Positions 1 through 12,469 of a DNA stretch of 64,000 bases are shown here, one piece after another. The notes under the pieces were generated by a model, which saw only the letters and a list, made by a program, of their open reading frames with translations, had not been told where the DNA came from and searched no databases. Location of the stretch: assembly GCF_004010195.1 (NCBI RefSeq), contig NW_025215381.1, positions 1,198,906-1,262,905 of the forward strand, given 5' to 3'. This DNA comes from Chiloscyllium plagiosum. Its lineage: Eukaryota. The first letter of the stretch is position 1. Every line of letters starts with the position of its first letter. Made by a program: the position numbers and the translations under genes.

Positions 1-82
1 TGGATGCTGCCTGACCTGCTGCGCTTTTCCAGCAACACATTTTCAGCTCTGATCTCCAGCATCTGCAGTCCTCACTTTCTCC
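1..82 (+). mobile_element. Penelope-type terminal repeat fragment (family 1), cut by window edge
   Basis: Near-identical reverse complement of 5699-5780. Confidence 0.75.
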
Positions 83-859
83 TCCTTTATATTATTGGCC
101 AGTTTACCTTCGTACCTCATTTTTTCTCTGCGTATTTCCTTCTTAGTAATCCTCTGTTCTTTAAAAGCTTCCCAGTTCTCCGTTTTCCACTTATCTTAGT
201 CCAGTTGTAATCTGACCAATGCTCTGTACAACTCCACTATTTATACTCTGTACCATGCCCGATGAAAGCAAGTGCCCGATATGTCTTTTTAACTATCCTA
301 TTCATGTGATCTGCCGACTTGAGGGATTTATGAATAATTATCCAAGATCCTTCTGTTTCTCTAAGATACCCCATGGTGGATATCACTAAAATGTCCCCTC
401 ACTGTCTCAAGGAACACCTGTCCAGCTTCTTTCCCCAGAACCAGATCCAGCAATGCGCTGTTCTTTGGGCCTTTTCCATACTGATACAAAAATACTCCCC
501 TGGACATAATTCCAGAAATAATCTGGATAAGTGGCCTTCAGTTTTTAAAAGCATAAACTGGAATTGATCTCCATGGAGCAGAGATTAAGAGCAGATTCAT
601 TTGAGACTTTCAAAATTATGAAGGGTTTGATGGTGTAAATGAGACATTGTATTCCAGTGGCTAGAGGGTTAGTAACCAGAGAGAGAGAAATTGGAGAGAA
701 TTGGAAGAAGAACTTGAGAGATGCTAAGAATGTTTTGGACAGCGAGAAGTTGTGATCTGGATTGTAGGAACTTTCAAAAGGAGAATCAGAAACACTAAGG
801 GCAAAGAGTGATGTTTTGGTGAGACTTGAAGCCAAAGTTCAAATCAAAATGGAGTTGGG

Positions 860-1200
860 AGGGGAGATAAAGCACTGATTACCCCATTTGTGCCCATCTT
901 TCTCAAAGTATCATGAGCATTGATGGACGCAGTGTGCTCCTCCTCCAAAAACTTAGATACTTTCGATGCAGAAATGTAACCGTGGAAGAAGAGCTGACAG
1001 CCAGCAGATATGAACATCCCCTCCACAGCCCTTTTCCTGTACTTGTTGATAGCCAGCCAGGCCAAACCCAGGAGCAGACCAACAGGGAGGTGCTCTGATC
1101 CATCCATACCCCTCCACACTGGATGCTCAAAAATCACAAGAGTAATGGCTGAAGTGCAAAAGATTTTGTAAAAAACTACAAGAGGGGTACAATCGCCCAC
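860..1200 (-). mobile_element. Tx1/L1-clade LINE ORF2 C-terminal fragment
   Basis: Translation IFEHPVWRG...VGLLLGLAWLAINK...FHGYI resembles Tx1 ORF2 C-terminus; related fragment at 7373-7615. Confidence 0.55.
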
Positions 1201-1204
1201 AACC

Positions 1205-2245
1205 AATATATGGTGAATGGTCGAGCCTTAAATAGTGTAGTGGAACAGAGGAACCTCTGAGTCCTGGTGCACTATTCTCTGAAAGTGGAGTCACAGGTAG
1301 GCAGGGTAGTGAAGAAGACTTTTGGCACACTGGCATTCATCAGTCAAGGCATTGAGCATAGAAGTTGGCAAGTTAGAATAGAATAGAAATAAGTCCTTCA
1401 GCCCACCTACACTCAGTAACCCACCCAGACCCACTTCCTTACCCTAATATTCTAATTTTACCCTGACTGATGCACCTAACCTACACATCCCTGAACACTG
1501 GACAAATTAGCTTGGTCAGTTCACCTGAACTCCACATCTTTAGACTGTGGGAGGAAACCAAAACACTTAGAGGAAGCCCATGCAGACACTGGGAGAATGC
1601 ACAAACTCCACACAGTCGCCCGAGGCCGGAATTGAACCCGGGTTGCTGGTGTTGTGAGACAGCAGTGCTAACCACTGAGCAACTGTGCCGCCCCAAAGTT
1701 TTATGTTGCAGTTGTACAGGACTTTAGTGAAGCCAAATTTGGAGTATTGTGTTCTGTTTTGGTCACCTTGCGATAGGAAATATGTTATTAAACCAGAAAG
1801 AGTGCAGAAGAACTTTATAAGGATGTTGCCATGATTCAATGGCCTGAGTTATAGGGAGAGGTTAGACAAGCTAGGACTCTTTTTTTTTTTTTCTTCTTCT
1901 TTAGAGCGTAGGACACTGAAGGGGAGCTTTTATAGAGGTGTAAAAGATTGATAGGCATGGATAGAAGGAATGCACTCAGTCTCTTTCCCAGGGTTGAGAA
2001 ATCAAGGACTAGGGGGTTAAAGGGGAAAGAATAAACTGGAATCTGAGGGGTATCTTTTTTACACCGTGCTTTACATGTGGAATGAGCTGCTAGCAGAAGT
2101 GGTTGAGGCGAGTACCTGAACGTTTTAAAAGGCATTTGGACAAATACATGGATAGAAAAGGTTTGGAAAGATTTGAGTCAAGTGCAGGGAAATGGGGTTA
2201 GCATAGATGGACATTTTAGTTGGCATGGATGATTTTGGGCTGAAG
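1205..2245 (+). mobile_element. CR1 LINE 3' part, interrupted by a SINE
   Basis: Decayed RT C-terminus (LEYCVLFWSP-like) and CR1 tail shared with other copies. Confidence 0.85.
1375..1693 (-). mobile_element. HE1-type tRNA-derived SINE
   Basis: Reverse complement of GGGCGGCACAGTTGCTCAGTGGTTAGCACTGCTG head with A/B boxes; short AAGTT duplication flanks it. Confidence 0.88.
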
Positions 2246-2274
2246 TTTGTGCTGAATATATGCATGATCCAAAA

Positions 2275-2597
2275 CGCCACAAGACTAGTCTGCTTTAGAG
2301 CTGCCAACATCAAAGTCCCATTGCACCCTGATGATGCTCTCCTACAACCTCCCATCAGGCAGAAGATTCAGAACCCTGAACATATGCACCATCAAGTTCA
2401 GGAACAGCATCTTGGCTGTCATTAGACTGATGAATGGACTCTCTGGCCTCCAATAATGCTGATCTCGCCTAACGCACGCCCTGTGCAATGTAATTTGTAT
2501 GCTTCTAAGTCTTTTTTTTTGATCTGTATGTCTTGCTTACTATGATCTGTCTGTACTGCTCATTTTAAAAAAAAAGCTTTTCACTGTACTTCATTAC
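2275..2597 (+). mobile_element. Rex1/Babar-like LINE 3' end
   Basis: Decayed HP..LL..PSGRR..T.KFRNS..AVIRLMN-type C-terminus followed by 3' UTR. Confidence 0.55.
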
Positions 2598-2931
2598 ATA
2601 GTCATAGAGATGTACAACATGGAAACAGACTCTTCGGTCCAACCCGTCCATGCCGACCAGATATCCCAACCCAATCTAGTCCCACCTGCCAGCGCCCTGC
2701 CCATATCCGTAATTTGTATGCTTCTAAGTTTTTTTTTTGATCTATATGTCTTGCTTACTATGATCTGTCTGTACTGCTCATTTTAAAAAAAAAAAAAAAG
2801 CTTTTCACTGTATTTCATTACATAGTCATAGAGATGTACAGCATGGAAACAGACCCTTCGGTCCAACCTATCCATGTCGACCAGATATCCCAACCCAATC
2901 TAGTCCCACCTGCCAGCGCCCTGCCATATCC
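2490..2931 (+). repeat. Tandem duplication, two ~220-bp units
   Basis: 2490-2708 and 2709-2931 near-identical. Confidence 0.92.
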
Positions 2932-4985
2932 CTCCAAACCCTTCCTATTCATATACCCATCCACATGCCTCTGAAATGTCGCAATTGTACCAGCCCCACC
3001 ACATCTTCTGGCAGCTCATTCCATACATGTACCACCCTCTGCCTGAAAATGTTGCCCCTTAGGTTTCTTTTATATCTTTTCCCTCTCACCCTAAACCTAT
3101 GCCCTCCAGTTCTGGACTCCCCGACCCCAGGGAAAAGACCATGTCTGTTGATCCTATCCATGCCCCTCATAATTTTGTAAACCTCTACAAGGTCATCCCT
3201 CAGCCTCCGACACTCCAGGGAAAACAGCCCCAGCCTGTTCAGCCTCTCCCTGTAGCTCAGATCCTCCAACCCTGGCAACATCCTTGTAAATCTTTTCTGA
3301 ACCCTTGCAAGTTTCACAACATTTTTCTGCTAGGAAGGAGACCAGAATTGCACGCAATATTCCAAAAGTGACCTAACCAATTTCCTGTACAGACGCAACA
3401 TGACCTCCCAACTCCTGTACTCGATATTCTGACCAATAAAGGACAACATACCAAATGCTGCCTTCACTATCCTATCTACCTGCTACTCTACTTTCAAGGA
3501 GCTATGAACCTGCACTCCAAGGTCTCTTTGTTCAGCAACACTCCCTAGGACCTTACCATTAAGTGTATAAGTCCTGCTAAGATTTGCTTTCCCAAAATGC
3601 AGCACCTCGCATTTATCTGAATTAAACTCTATCTGCCACTCCTNNNNNNNNNNNNNNNNNNNNNNNNNNNNNNNNNNNNNNNNNNNNNNNNNNNNNNNNN
3701 NNNNNNNNNNNNNNNNNNNNNNNNNNNNNNNNNNNNNNNNNNNNNNNNNNNNNNNNNNNNNNNNNNNNNNNNNNNNNNNNNNNNNNNNNNNNNNNNNNNN
3801 NNNNNNNNNNNNNNNNNNNNNNNNNNNNNNNNNNNNNNNNNNNNNNNNNNNNNNNNNNNNNNNNNNNNNNNNNNNNNNNNNNNNNNNNNNNNNNNNNNNN
3901 NNNNNNNNNNNNNNNNNNNNNNNNNNNNNNNNNNNNNNNNNNNNNNNNNNNNNNNNNNNNNNNNNNNNNNNNNNNNNNNNNNNNNNNNNNNNNNNNNNNN
4001 NNNNNNNNNNNNNNNNNNNNNNNNNNNNNNNNNNNNNNNNNNNNNNNNNNNNNNNNNNNNNNNNNNNNNNNNNNNNNNNNNNNNNNNNNNNNNNNNNNNN
4101 NNNNNNNNNNNNNNNNNNNNNNNNNNNNNNNNNNNNNNNNNNNNNNNNNNNNNNNNNNNNNNNNNNNNNNNNNNNNNNNNNNNNNNNNNNNNNNNNNNNN
4201 NNNNNNNNNNNNNNNNNNNNNNNNNNNNNNNNNNNNNNNNNNNNNNNNNNNNNNNNNNNNNNNNNNNNNNNNNNNNNNNNNNNNNNNNNNNNNNNNNNNN
4301 NNNNNNNNNNNNNNNNNNNNNNNNNNNNNNNNNNNNNNNNNNNNNNNNNNNNNNNNNNNNNNNNNNNNNNNNNNNNNNNNNNNNNNNNNNNNNNNNNNNN
4401 NNNNNNNNNNNNNNNNAGAATCCCCTAACACAATTGATCTCTTGGAGGCCGACATACCCCTCGTTACATTAGAGCCAGTCTCAATACCAGAAACATGGCT
4501 GTTCGTGCTACGTTCCCCTGAGAATCCATCACCCCCTACATTTTCCAAAACAGCATACCTGTTTGAAATGGGTATATCCACAAAAGACTCCTGCCCTAGG
4601 TGCCTACCTCTCATCCTTCCTGGAGTTAACCCATCTATGTGACTGTATCTGAGACTTTCCCCTCTTTCTATAACTGCCATCCATCAGATACTGCTGCTGT
4701 TGCAAATTCATCATCGCTTCTATCTGTCTGTCCAACTGATCCACTCGATCTGATAAGATTCGTATCCAAAAGCATTTATGGCAGATATAATCCACAGTAA
4801 CCCTTAAACTCTCTTTAAACTCCCACATCTGACAAGAAGTACGTATCACTGCAAAGGCCATTTTTGCTCCTTCACAATCTACAGACCCAGAAAATAACAC
4901 CGTCTTATTCCTCTACAAACATTGCCCCAGTTTAAATTAATAGCTATGGCTTACATTTTAAGTTTAATCAAGAGACTTATCTCCA
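2822..4985 (-). mobile_element. CR1 LINE across gap: RT C-terminus/tail and ORF1 (SGNH esterase-type) 5' part
   Basis: RVQKRFTRMLPGLEDLSYRERL; beyond gap IPISNRYAVL...SIVLGDS and C-x2-C motifs. Confidence 0.8.
3644..4416. other. Assembly gap (N run)
   Basis: 773 N. Confidence 1.
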
Positions 4986-5697
4986 ATGTCTGTCTGTCCC
5001 TCCCTCCCTCCCTCTGAATCAGCCCATGATGTAGTGCCAAATGTGATGACAAATTAAATTAATCCCTTCCGCCTGCCTTGGTCTCTATCCCTTCATGCCT
5101 TTAGTATTCATGTACTTATCTAAAAGTCCGTTTTAAATACCCCTATTGAATCTACTTCCACCACTCCCCTTGGCAGCACATTCCAGACACCTACCTGTGT
5201 TTTTAAAAAATAATTCCCCTTGCATCTCCTTTGAACTTCCCCTCTCATGTTAAATGCATGCCCCCATTTAAGCATTTTCACTCCTGGATTCTGACCATAA
5301 CCTATCTATACATCTCATAAATTTTTTACACTTCAGTCACATCTCTTGTCAGCCTCTGTTGCTCCAGACAAAACCTGAGTTTTTCTAACCTCTCCTTTAT
5401 GGCTCATACCTTCTTGGTCAAGGCCCCAGCAATCTCCTCTTGCCTCTCACAATAACCTGGGATACATACAAACAGGCCCTGGGGACTTGCCTGCCTTGAT
5501 GCTCTTCAAGACACCAATATCACTTCTTTCTTGATCTCAAAATATCCTAGCATGTTAGCATGTTCCACATTAGTCTCACTATCCTCCATATCCTCCAAGA
5601 TGAATGCTGACGCAAAAGTGCTCATTCAGGACCTCCTCCATATCCTCTGCCTCCAAGCACAAGTTCCGTTCTTTATCCTTGAGTGGTCCTACCTTCT

Positions 5698-5903
5698 AGG
5701 AGAAAGTGAGGGCTGCAGATGCTGGAGATCAGAGCTGAAAATGTGTTGCTGGAAAAGCGCAGCAGGTCAGGCAGCATCCAAGGAACAGGAGAATCGACGT
5801 TTCGGGTATTCCTGAAGAAAGGCTTATGCCCGAAACGTCGATTCTCCTGTTCCTTGGATGCTGCCTGACCTGCTGCGCTTTTCCAGCAACATATTTTCAG
5901 GTC
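5698..5903. mobile_element. Penelope-derived fold-back element, family 1, with hammerhead-like motif
   Basis: Inverted arms 5735-5806/5829-5900; CTGAAGA...GAAACGTC 5812-5839; 14-bp TSD TGGTCCTACCTTCT at 5684-97 and 5904-17. Confidence 0.85.
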
Positions 5904-7107
5904 TGGTCCTACCTTCTCCCTAGTTATCCACTCAAATGCATATATAGAATGCCTTGGGATTCTCTATCCCTTCTTGCTAGTGTCATTTCACGGTCTCTTC
6001 TTACTCTCCTAATTCCCTGCTTGAGTTCCTGCTTGCTTAATGTTCGTACTGACTCTGTCTAATTTTTAATTTCCTCAACTTTTATGGTTTTTTTTCTTTT
6101 GTGATTAAATTCACAACCTCACTTGTTATCCAAGGGTCCTTTATTAGAACATGCTGATCCTGAGCTCTGATTAGCAGGTCTTTAAACAGCTCCCACATGT
6201 CAAATGTGGACTTGCTGATAACAGCTCCTCCCAATTAACACTCCTCAGCTCCTGCCTAATACTGACATAATTTGCCCTCACAATTTAGTACCTTACAGCA
6301 AGGTCCTGACTTTGTGATCATGGTTTCCAAAATGCTCTCCCACTGACAGGTCAGTCACCTGGCCAGGCTCATCAGCCAATACAAGGTCCAGTATGGCCCC
6401 TCCTCTAGTTGGACTATCTGCATACTGTTTCAAGAAAACCTTTGGACACACTTAAATTCTGCCTATTCTAAACCCCTTGCTCGAAGGGAGCAAGTCAATA
6501 TTGTAGAAGTTGAAGTCACCCACTATGAGAACCCTTTTTGTTATTGCATCTTTCCATTATCCTACTGAATACTTGTTTTTCAATGTCTCGGTAGCAGTTG
6601 GGGGACTTATAGTATGATCCTGAATGATTGCACTCTGTTTGCTTTGTTTTTTTTGTTTTTCTTTTGTTTTCTTCTACGGGGTCAGCTTTTGTTTTTAAAC
6701 TACTCACTGCCATCAGTAATCGCCTGTGCAGCCAACTAAAAATTTACAAAGTCTATCCTGGGGAATGTAGCCATCAAAAGTGAGGGGGAAGAGGATAGGG
6801 ATTAAATTGAAATGGAGCTGGGGGGAAATTTTCAAGTGAATGTGGTGACTTTTAGCAGTCACCTTTTATTGAAAGACTGAGATGAAAGGCAGGCAGCACT
6901 AATATTTGAACTCTGGATCACCTGGTTGATAGGCAGGTGCTTTAACCCAGAGTAGCAGATCCAGAGAATGTTTGTTTTTATTCTCATTTACCCAAAAGTA
7001 TATTCACACAATTGAGTTACTGTTCGACCACCGCAGCTGTGACCTTTTTGTTCATTTTTTCACTTTAACTGCCACTGATCAGCACCTCTACAGTCCAGTC
7101 TGCCACA

Positions 7108-7256
7108 GTGGGCAATTTAGCATGGAACCAGAGCATCTGGAGGAAACCCACGCAGACAGAGGGAGAATGTTCAAACTCCGCATGGACTGTTACCCTAGGT
7201 GGAATCGAACCTGGGTCTATGGTGTTGTGTGGCAGCAGTGCTAACCACTGTGCTGT
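7108..7256 (-). mobile_element. HE1-type SINE, partial
   Basis: Matches SINE head/body of other copies. Confidence 0.8.
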
Positions 7257-7372
7257 TTTTATGCTCTCCCAACTGAGTGACCTTCCCACCACAAAAATCA
7301 TAGGTGAGGAGAGGCATAAGGAGAGTGAGAAGTGACTAAATCTAAACTGGATTGGATGAGGAAATAAAGCAC

Positions 7373-7615
7373 TTATCCGCCGTAGTGCCCCTCTGTCTGT
7401 GCCTGCATGGATACATTTATACCCAGCCTGGGCCAGTCCAGTAGCGCACACATGAGCAGGTACTGTGATCTGCCTACACCCACCCGCACTGGATGCCCAA
7501 AGACAACGAGCATAGGGTTGAAGGTCACCCAAAAACACCACAAAAGATTTTTTGAGTAATTATTAAGGAATGCCACTGCCCGTAACCAGTACATATGGTC
7601 TACAGACTCCACAGC
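7373..7615 (-). mobile_element. Tx1/L1-clade LINE fragment
   Basis: ESVDHMY...KNLLWCFWVTFNPMLVVFGHPVR. Confidence 0.55.
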
Positions 7616-7879
7616 GCTACAAAGTATACTGTTGGACTGGGAGGCCCTGAACCGTTACACATTATAAGGGACTATTGCATTCTACCTGGATCTGCTTTAT
7701 CAAGGATTTAAGTGATGAATACCAGTGGAGCAGGCCAATGCCTGTTACCAAACTATTAGATAAATTCCATAGGAATATTCGTTAGTAATTCTCCATAGGC
7801 CTTAAACAGGTTATCATGAGAAAATAGTCAAGATGTTTGGTGGAGGCTGAGACCATTACATTATTTAAAAGACATCTAA

Positions 7880-9486
7880 TGTTGAGGGTGAGTCATGGTT
7901 TCCCTTTTAAGTGGTCATGGTGGGGGGGTTCTTTATTTAGGTATTTTTGTTAATCCTGTCTTCAAACAATTATTTAAGGCTAATTTTATCCACTTGCTTG
8001 ACAAGATTATGCAAGATCTTCAAAGATGGCAGACTCTTCCAATATCCTGGTTAGGCCAAATACCCCTTATTAAAACGAATGTCCTTCCTTGTTCACTATA
8101 CCCTATGTGAGTGCTTCCTTTGATGTTTAGAGACTTAGTGGCTGGCACCACAGGTGGCCCCTTATTAAGCTCGTCACAGGCTTCGTATGGACTGGAGTGC
8201 TGTGGCAGGGAAATAGGGAGGGTCTTGGAGACCAATTTTCTCTTCTCCTGGGCCTGCCCAGTTTATCATCTTTAGACAGTCATGGGAGCAATATCCTTCC
8301 TTTCTGCGTGAGGAGAAATATTTTGTATTGGGTGACTGGAGACCGCCCCCCCGGGCCAGTCAGGTTGCGTAAGCTAATTATGGAACATATCCCATTGGAC
8401 TTTCTTACAAATATGGTGCACCAAAAAAAACTGAATTTTTATAAGACATGGCAACCCTATTTGGATTACCTCAATGCAGATTTGTTTGCCATTTTAATTG
8501 GGGTTTTTGTGTAGCCACGACGATCTGATTTAGCGAACGTGGTACTCCGAGAGAAAGAATTGGGCTAATGGTAAGTGTAGATGAACAGAGACACCTCTGT
8601 GTCCAGGTACATCGATGCTTGAAAGTTGCCTTCCAGGTTGATAGGGTTGTTAAGGCATAGTGTGTTAGCTTTTATTGGTTGAGGGATTGAGTTTCAGAAT
8701 CATGATATCATGCTGCAGCTGTACAAAACTCTGGTGTGGCTGCAATTGGCGTATTGCATCCAGTTCTGGTTACCGCATTATAGGAAGGATGTGGAAGCTT
8801 TGGAAAAGATTCAGAGGAGATTTGCTAGATGTTGCCTGGTATGGAGGGAAGGTTTTATGAGGAAAAGCTGAGGGATTTGAGGCTGTTTTCATTAGCAAGA
8901 AGAAGGTTGAGAGGTGACTTAATTGAGACATACAAGATATTAGTGGGTTACATAGAGTGTACAGTGAGAGTCTTTTTTTCCTAGGATAGCGATAGCTAGC
9001 TTTAAATTGAGAGGTGATAGATATAGGACAGATGTCAGAGGTAGTTTCTTTACTCCGATTAGTAGGGGCATGGAATGCACTGCCTGCAACAGTAGTAGAC
9101 TCTCCAACTTCAAGGGCATTTAAATGGCCATTCCGTAAACGTATGGATGAGAATGGAACAGTGTAAGTTAGATGGGCTTCAGATTGGTTCCACAGATTGG
9201 CGCTACATTAAGGGCCGAAGCGCAGTACAGGCCCTGTAATGTTCTGTTCTAATTTCAAATATGCAGGTGTTATATTCAATACTCTCTAAGGTTGGGAGCT
9301 ATTTCTTCTTTGCGCTGCGCAGTGTTATTTTATCTATTATTTAAACTGGACTGTTTATCTTGCACATGAGTATAGTTTGTTTTGTTTATTTTTTATAGAT
9401 AGTCATGTTGTTGGTTTATTGTTGTAACTTTGTAATTTTATAAAAACCAAATCTCTTCTCAATAAAAATATTTTTTAAAATAAAAA
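7880..9486 (+). mobile_element. L1-clade LINE 3' fragment with AATAAA/A-rich tail, hosting a CR1 insert
   Basis: LLDKIMQDLQRWQTLPISWLGQIPLIKTNVLP and FYKTWQPYLDYL are L1 ORF2-like; AATAAA at 9461. Confidence 0.75.
8560..9250 (+). mobile_element. CR1 LINE 3' fragment nested in L1
   Basis: Decayed YCIQFWLPHYRKDVEALEKIQRRF and CR1 tail. Confidence 0.8.
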
Positions 9487-10046
9487 GCTTTTAGATGGGT
9501 ATGTGAATAGGAAGTGTTTAGAGGGATGTGACCCAGCTGCTGACAAATGGTACTAGATTCATTTAGGATATCTGGTCAGCATTGATGAGTTGGACCGAAG
9601 GGTCTGTTTCTGTGTTGTACATCTGTGATTCAACCTGATTTGGTATATTTCACATGCTGCGTGAATGTTAGCTGATGCCTTGGTTGTGATGCCCTCAGGA
9701 TAACCCCATCCTCTCAAAACCGAGAACAATGGCACAGCCTGCCAGTGAATTTACAGTCTGTGGTGGCTTTTGTGGTTTTAATCTCAACACCAGATTGGAA
9801 ATTCAGGCTTATTGTTCCATCATTGCAATGACATCAGGCTCATTTGTGTGTGCAGAATTCCTTTCAGCCACTTGCTACATTCTCTGGTGGAAATTCTCTA
9901 GTCCTAGTTGACTTTTATCAATCAGTACACAGTTTTTAACAAAAACGTCCTCTGCTCCTTTCTTCTATAGGTTTATATAGAAGGTTCATATCCAAAAACA
10001 TGAAAGTTATAACTTGGTATCTCATCCCGTTGGTGTCTTTCCTTAG

Positions 10047-10412
<366 letters not shown>

Positions 10413-11702
10413 TAAGGTGATAGAGAACCCAATTAAACTGTTGCAATCCTATTTGGGGAAGCTGACACTGGTGCTGCTGGATGGGTGGCAGCTCTAAGAG
10501 TTTGACCTCTTGGTGTTGACTTGGAGCTGGCTTTAGAGTGATAGTGCTGTCATGTCCCTGTGCAAAGCCTTCCGCACTCACCTAGTGGTACTTGTATTTT
10601 CCAGACCAATTCTAGAGTAGCCCTAAAGATAGGTGAAATCCAGCCTCTGACCATTTCCAAAAGTTGACCTTTTCAAAGATTCTGTGGTGAGTGAATTTGT
10701 GTCACCTTGGCAGCTGCACCTGTGATGATACCGATATTGTGTGCGCACTTGTTTTTGGGCAGGAGCTTTTCAAGATTTTATCAAAATCCAGATTCCTAGT
10801 CACGATGCAATGGCCGTTCCCAGCTGGTAATGTGGGCATTGGTCAAGTGTGGATAATATCTACCTTGGCTATTATCCCTGGTTCAATTGTTTGGGTGTAT
10901 AGGTTAATTATAAGGCAGTGACACTCGCTGACCTGCTTGTCCAGCAAGTTGCTTGCACCTGCTGAAGAAGAGGCCAGGAACTGAAGTGTTAATGTCTCGA
11001 GTTAGAAGTTCAGTAAAGAAGGAGGCTATTTGACCCATCATGTCTGTACCACCTCCTGAAAGAGCTTCCATTCTCCGACCCTATCTCTGTAGCCCTGTCA
11101 ATTCATGACTTTCAAATATATATCCAGCTCCGTTTTGAAACCTACAAAATCTGCCTCTCCCATTCTCCCAGGCAGTGTATTCCAAATCCTAACAAGTCTG
11201 AAAAGAAGCTTCTCTTTCTGTCACTCTTCAATGTTTTTTGATCCTTAAGAATAACATCTATCTCCTTGAAGATGTTCAATATTTTGGTCTTGACCACTTT
11301 GGAAGGGAATTTCACAGGCTCAGCAGTCTGAGTGAAGAAGCTTCTTATTTCAGTCTTAAATGGCCTGCTCCTTATCCTTCCACTGTGAGCCCTGGCTCTA
11401 GATTCTGTGGTCATCAGGAATATCTCTTGCTTCCTTCCCCACCTGTCCCACCCCCAAAGTCTGAATATAGTCCTAATTGATTCACTCTCCCTTCAGTCTT
11501 GCCATCCCAGATATCTGTTTAATATTTTCCTTAACATCCAACTTAAAGCATTCAAGTTTTACAATAGCTTGATTTTTCTGTGTTCTGGGGGTGATCCAGA
11601 CTAGAGGTGGGAATATAACCTCAATTTCAAACTTGTTTTGTTAAAAAGTTTTTAACTTTTATTTGTTCAAGAATTGGGCAAAGCTAGGAAGGCTTTTTTA
11701 TT

Positions 11703-11866
11703 AGCTAGTTTTGAGAAGATTTGTAGCTCAGGTTGAGGTTCTGGATGTAGGTTTGCTCGCTGAGCTGGAAGGTTCGTCACCATGCTAGGCTCACTGATAT
11801 TACCTAGAATGGTGATGAAAAGTCTGAAAATGAGCATTCCAACTCAGTGAGCAGACCTACATCCAG
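11703..11866. mobile_element. Penelope-derived fold-back element, family 3, degenerate hammerhead
   Basis: Inverted arms CTGGATGTAGGTTTGCTCGCTGAGCTGGAA / TTCCAACTCAGTGAGCAGACCTACATCCAG; similar to 22210 and 23638 copies. Confidence 0.75.
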
Positions 11867-11884
11867 CTGTTTTTATTGTCCATT

Positions 11885-12445
11885 TCAGGGCAGGACTTAT
11901 GATGGCTTTGGGGAATGTTGCCAAGCAAAGAGACTTGAGGGTGTAGGTGCATAGTTCCTTGAAAGTGGGGTAACAGACAGTGTGGTTAAGAAAGTGTTTG
12001 GCGCACCTGCCTTCATTGATCAGAGCATTGAGTTTAGGAGTTGGGATGTCATGTGGCTGTTGAGAGGGTTGACCTTCTAGAGGCTTATAAAATCATGGAA
12101 GGCATGGGAATAGGATAAATAGTCAAGGTCTTTATCCTAGGGTGGGGAAGTCTAAAACTGGAATGGCATAGATTTAAGGTGAGAAGGGAAAGATTTTAAA
12201 ATAAGCCTGAGGGGTAACTGTTTGATGCAGATGGTGATGCATGTACGGAATGAGGTACCAGAGGAAGTGCTGGAGGGTGGTACAATTGCAACATTTTAAA
12301 AGCTATCTGAATGGGTATAGGAATAGGAAGGGTTTAGAGGGATATGGGCTAAGTGCTGGCAAATGGGACCAGGTCATATTAGGATGTTTGGTTGGCAAGG
12401 CTAAATTGGACTGAAAAGTCTGTTTCCATGCTCTCTGACACTGAC
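11885..12445 (+). mobile_element. CR1 LINE 3' fragment with internal deletion
   Basis: Tail similar to 41600-41937. Confidence 0.8.
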
Positions 12446-12469
12446 TTTTGCTGACAGTCTTGAAATTGT

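Noticed and set aside
1640..1693. tRNA genes at A/B-box sequences
   Set aside because: They are SINE heads continuing into SINE body, with no full cloverleaf
3622..4680. 352-aa ORF (and the X-filled ORFs at 57485-58627)
   Set aside because: Artefacts of translating through N gaps; flanks are CR1 sequence
1..10046. Upstream CHD3 exons (PHD1) or a promoter
   Set aside because: No PHD1-like translation or CpG island seen; region is repeat-dominated intron
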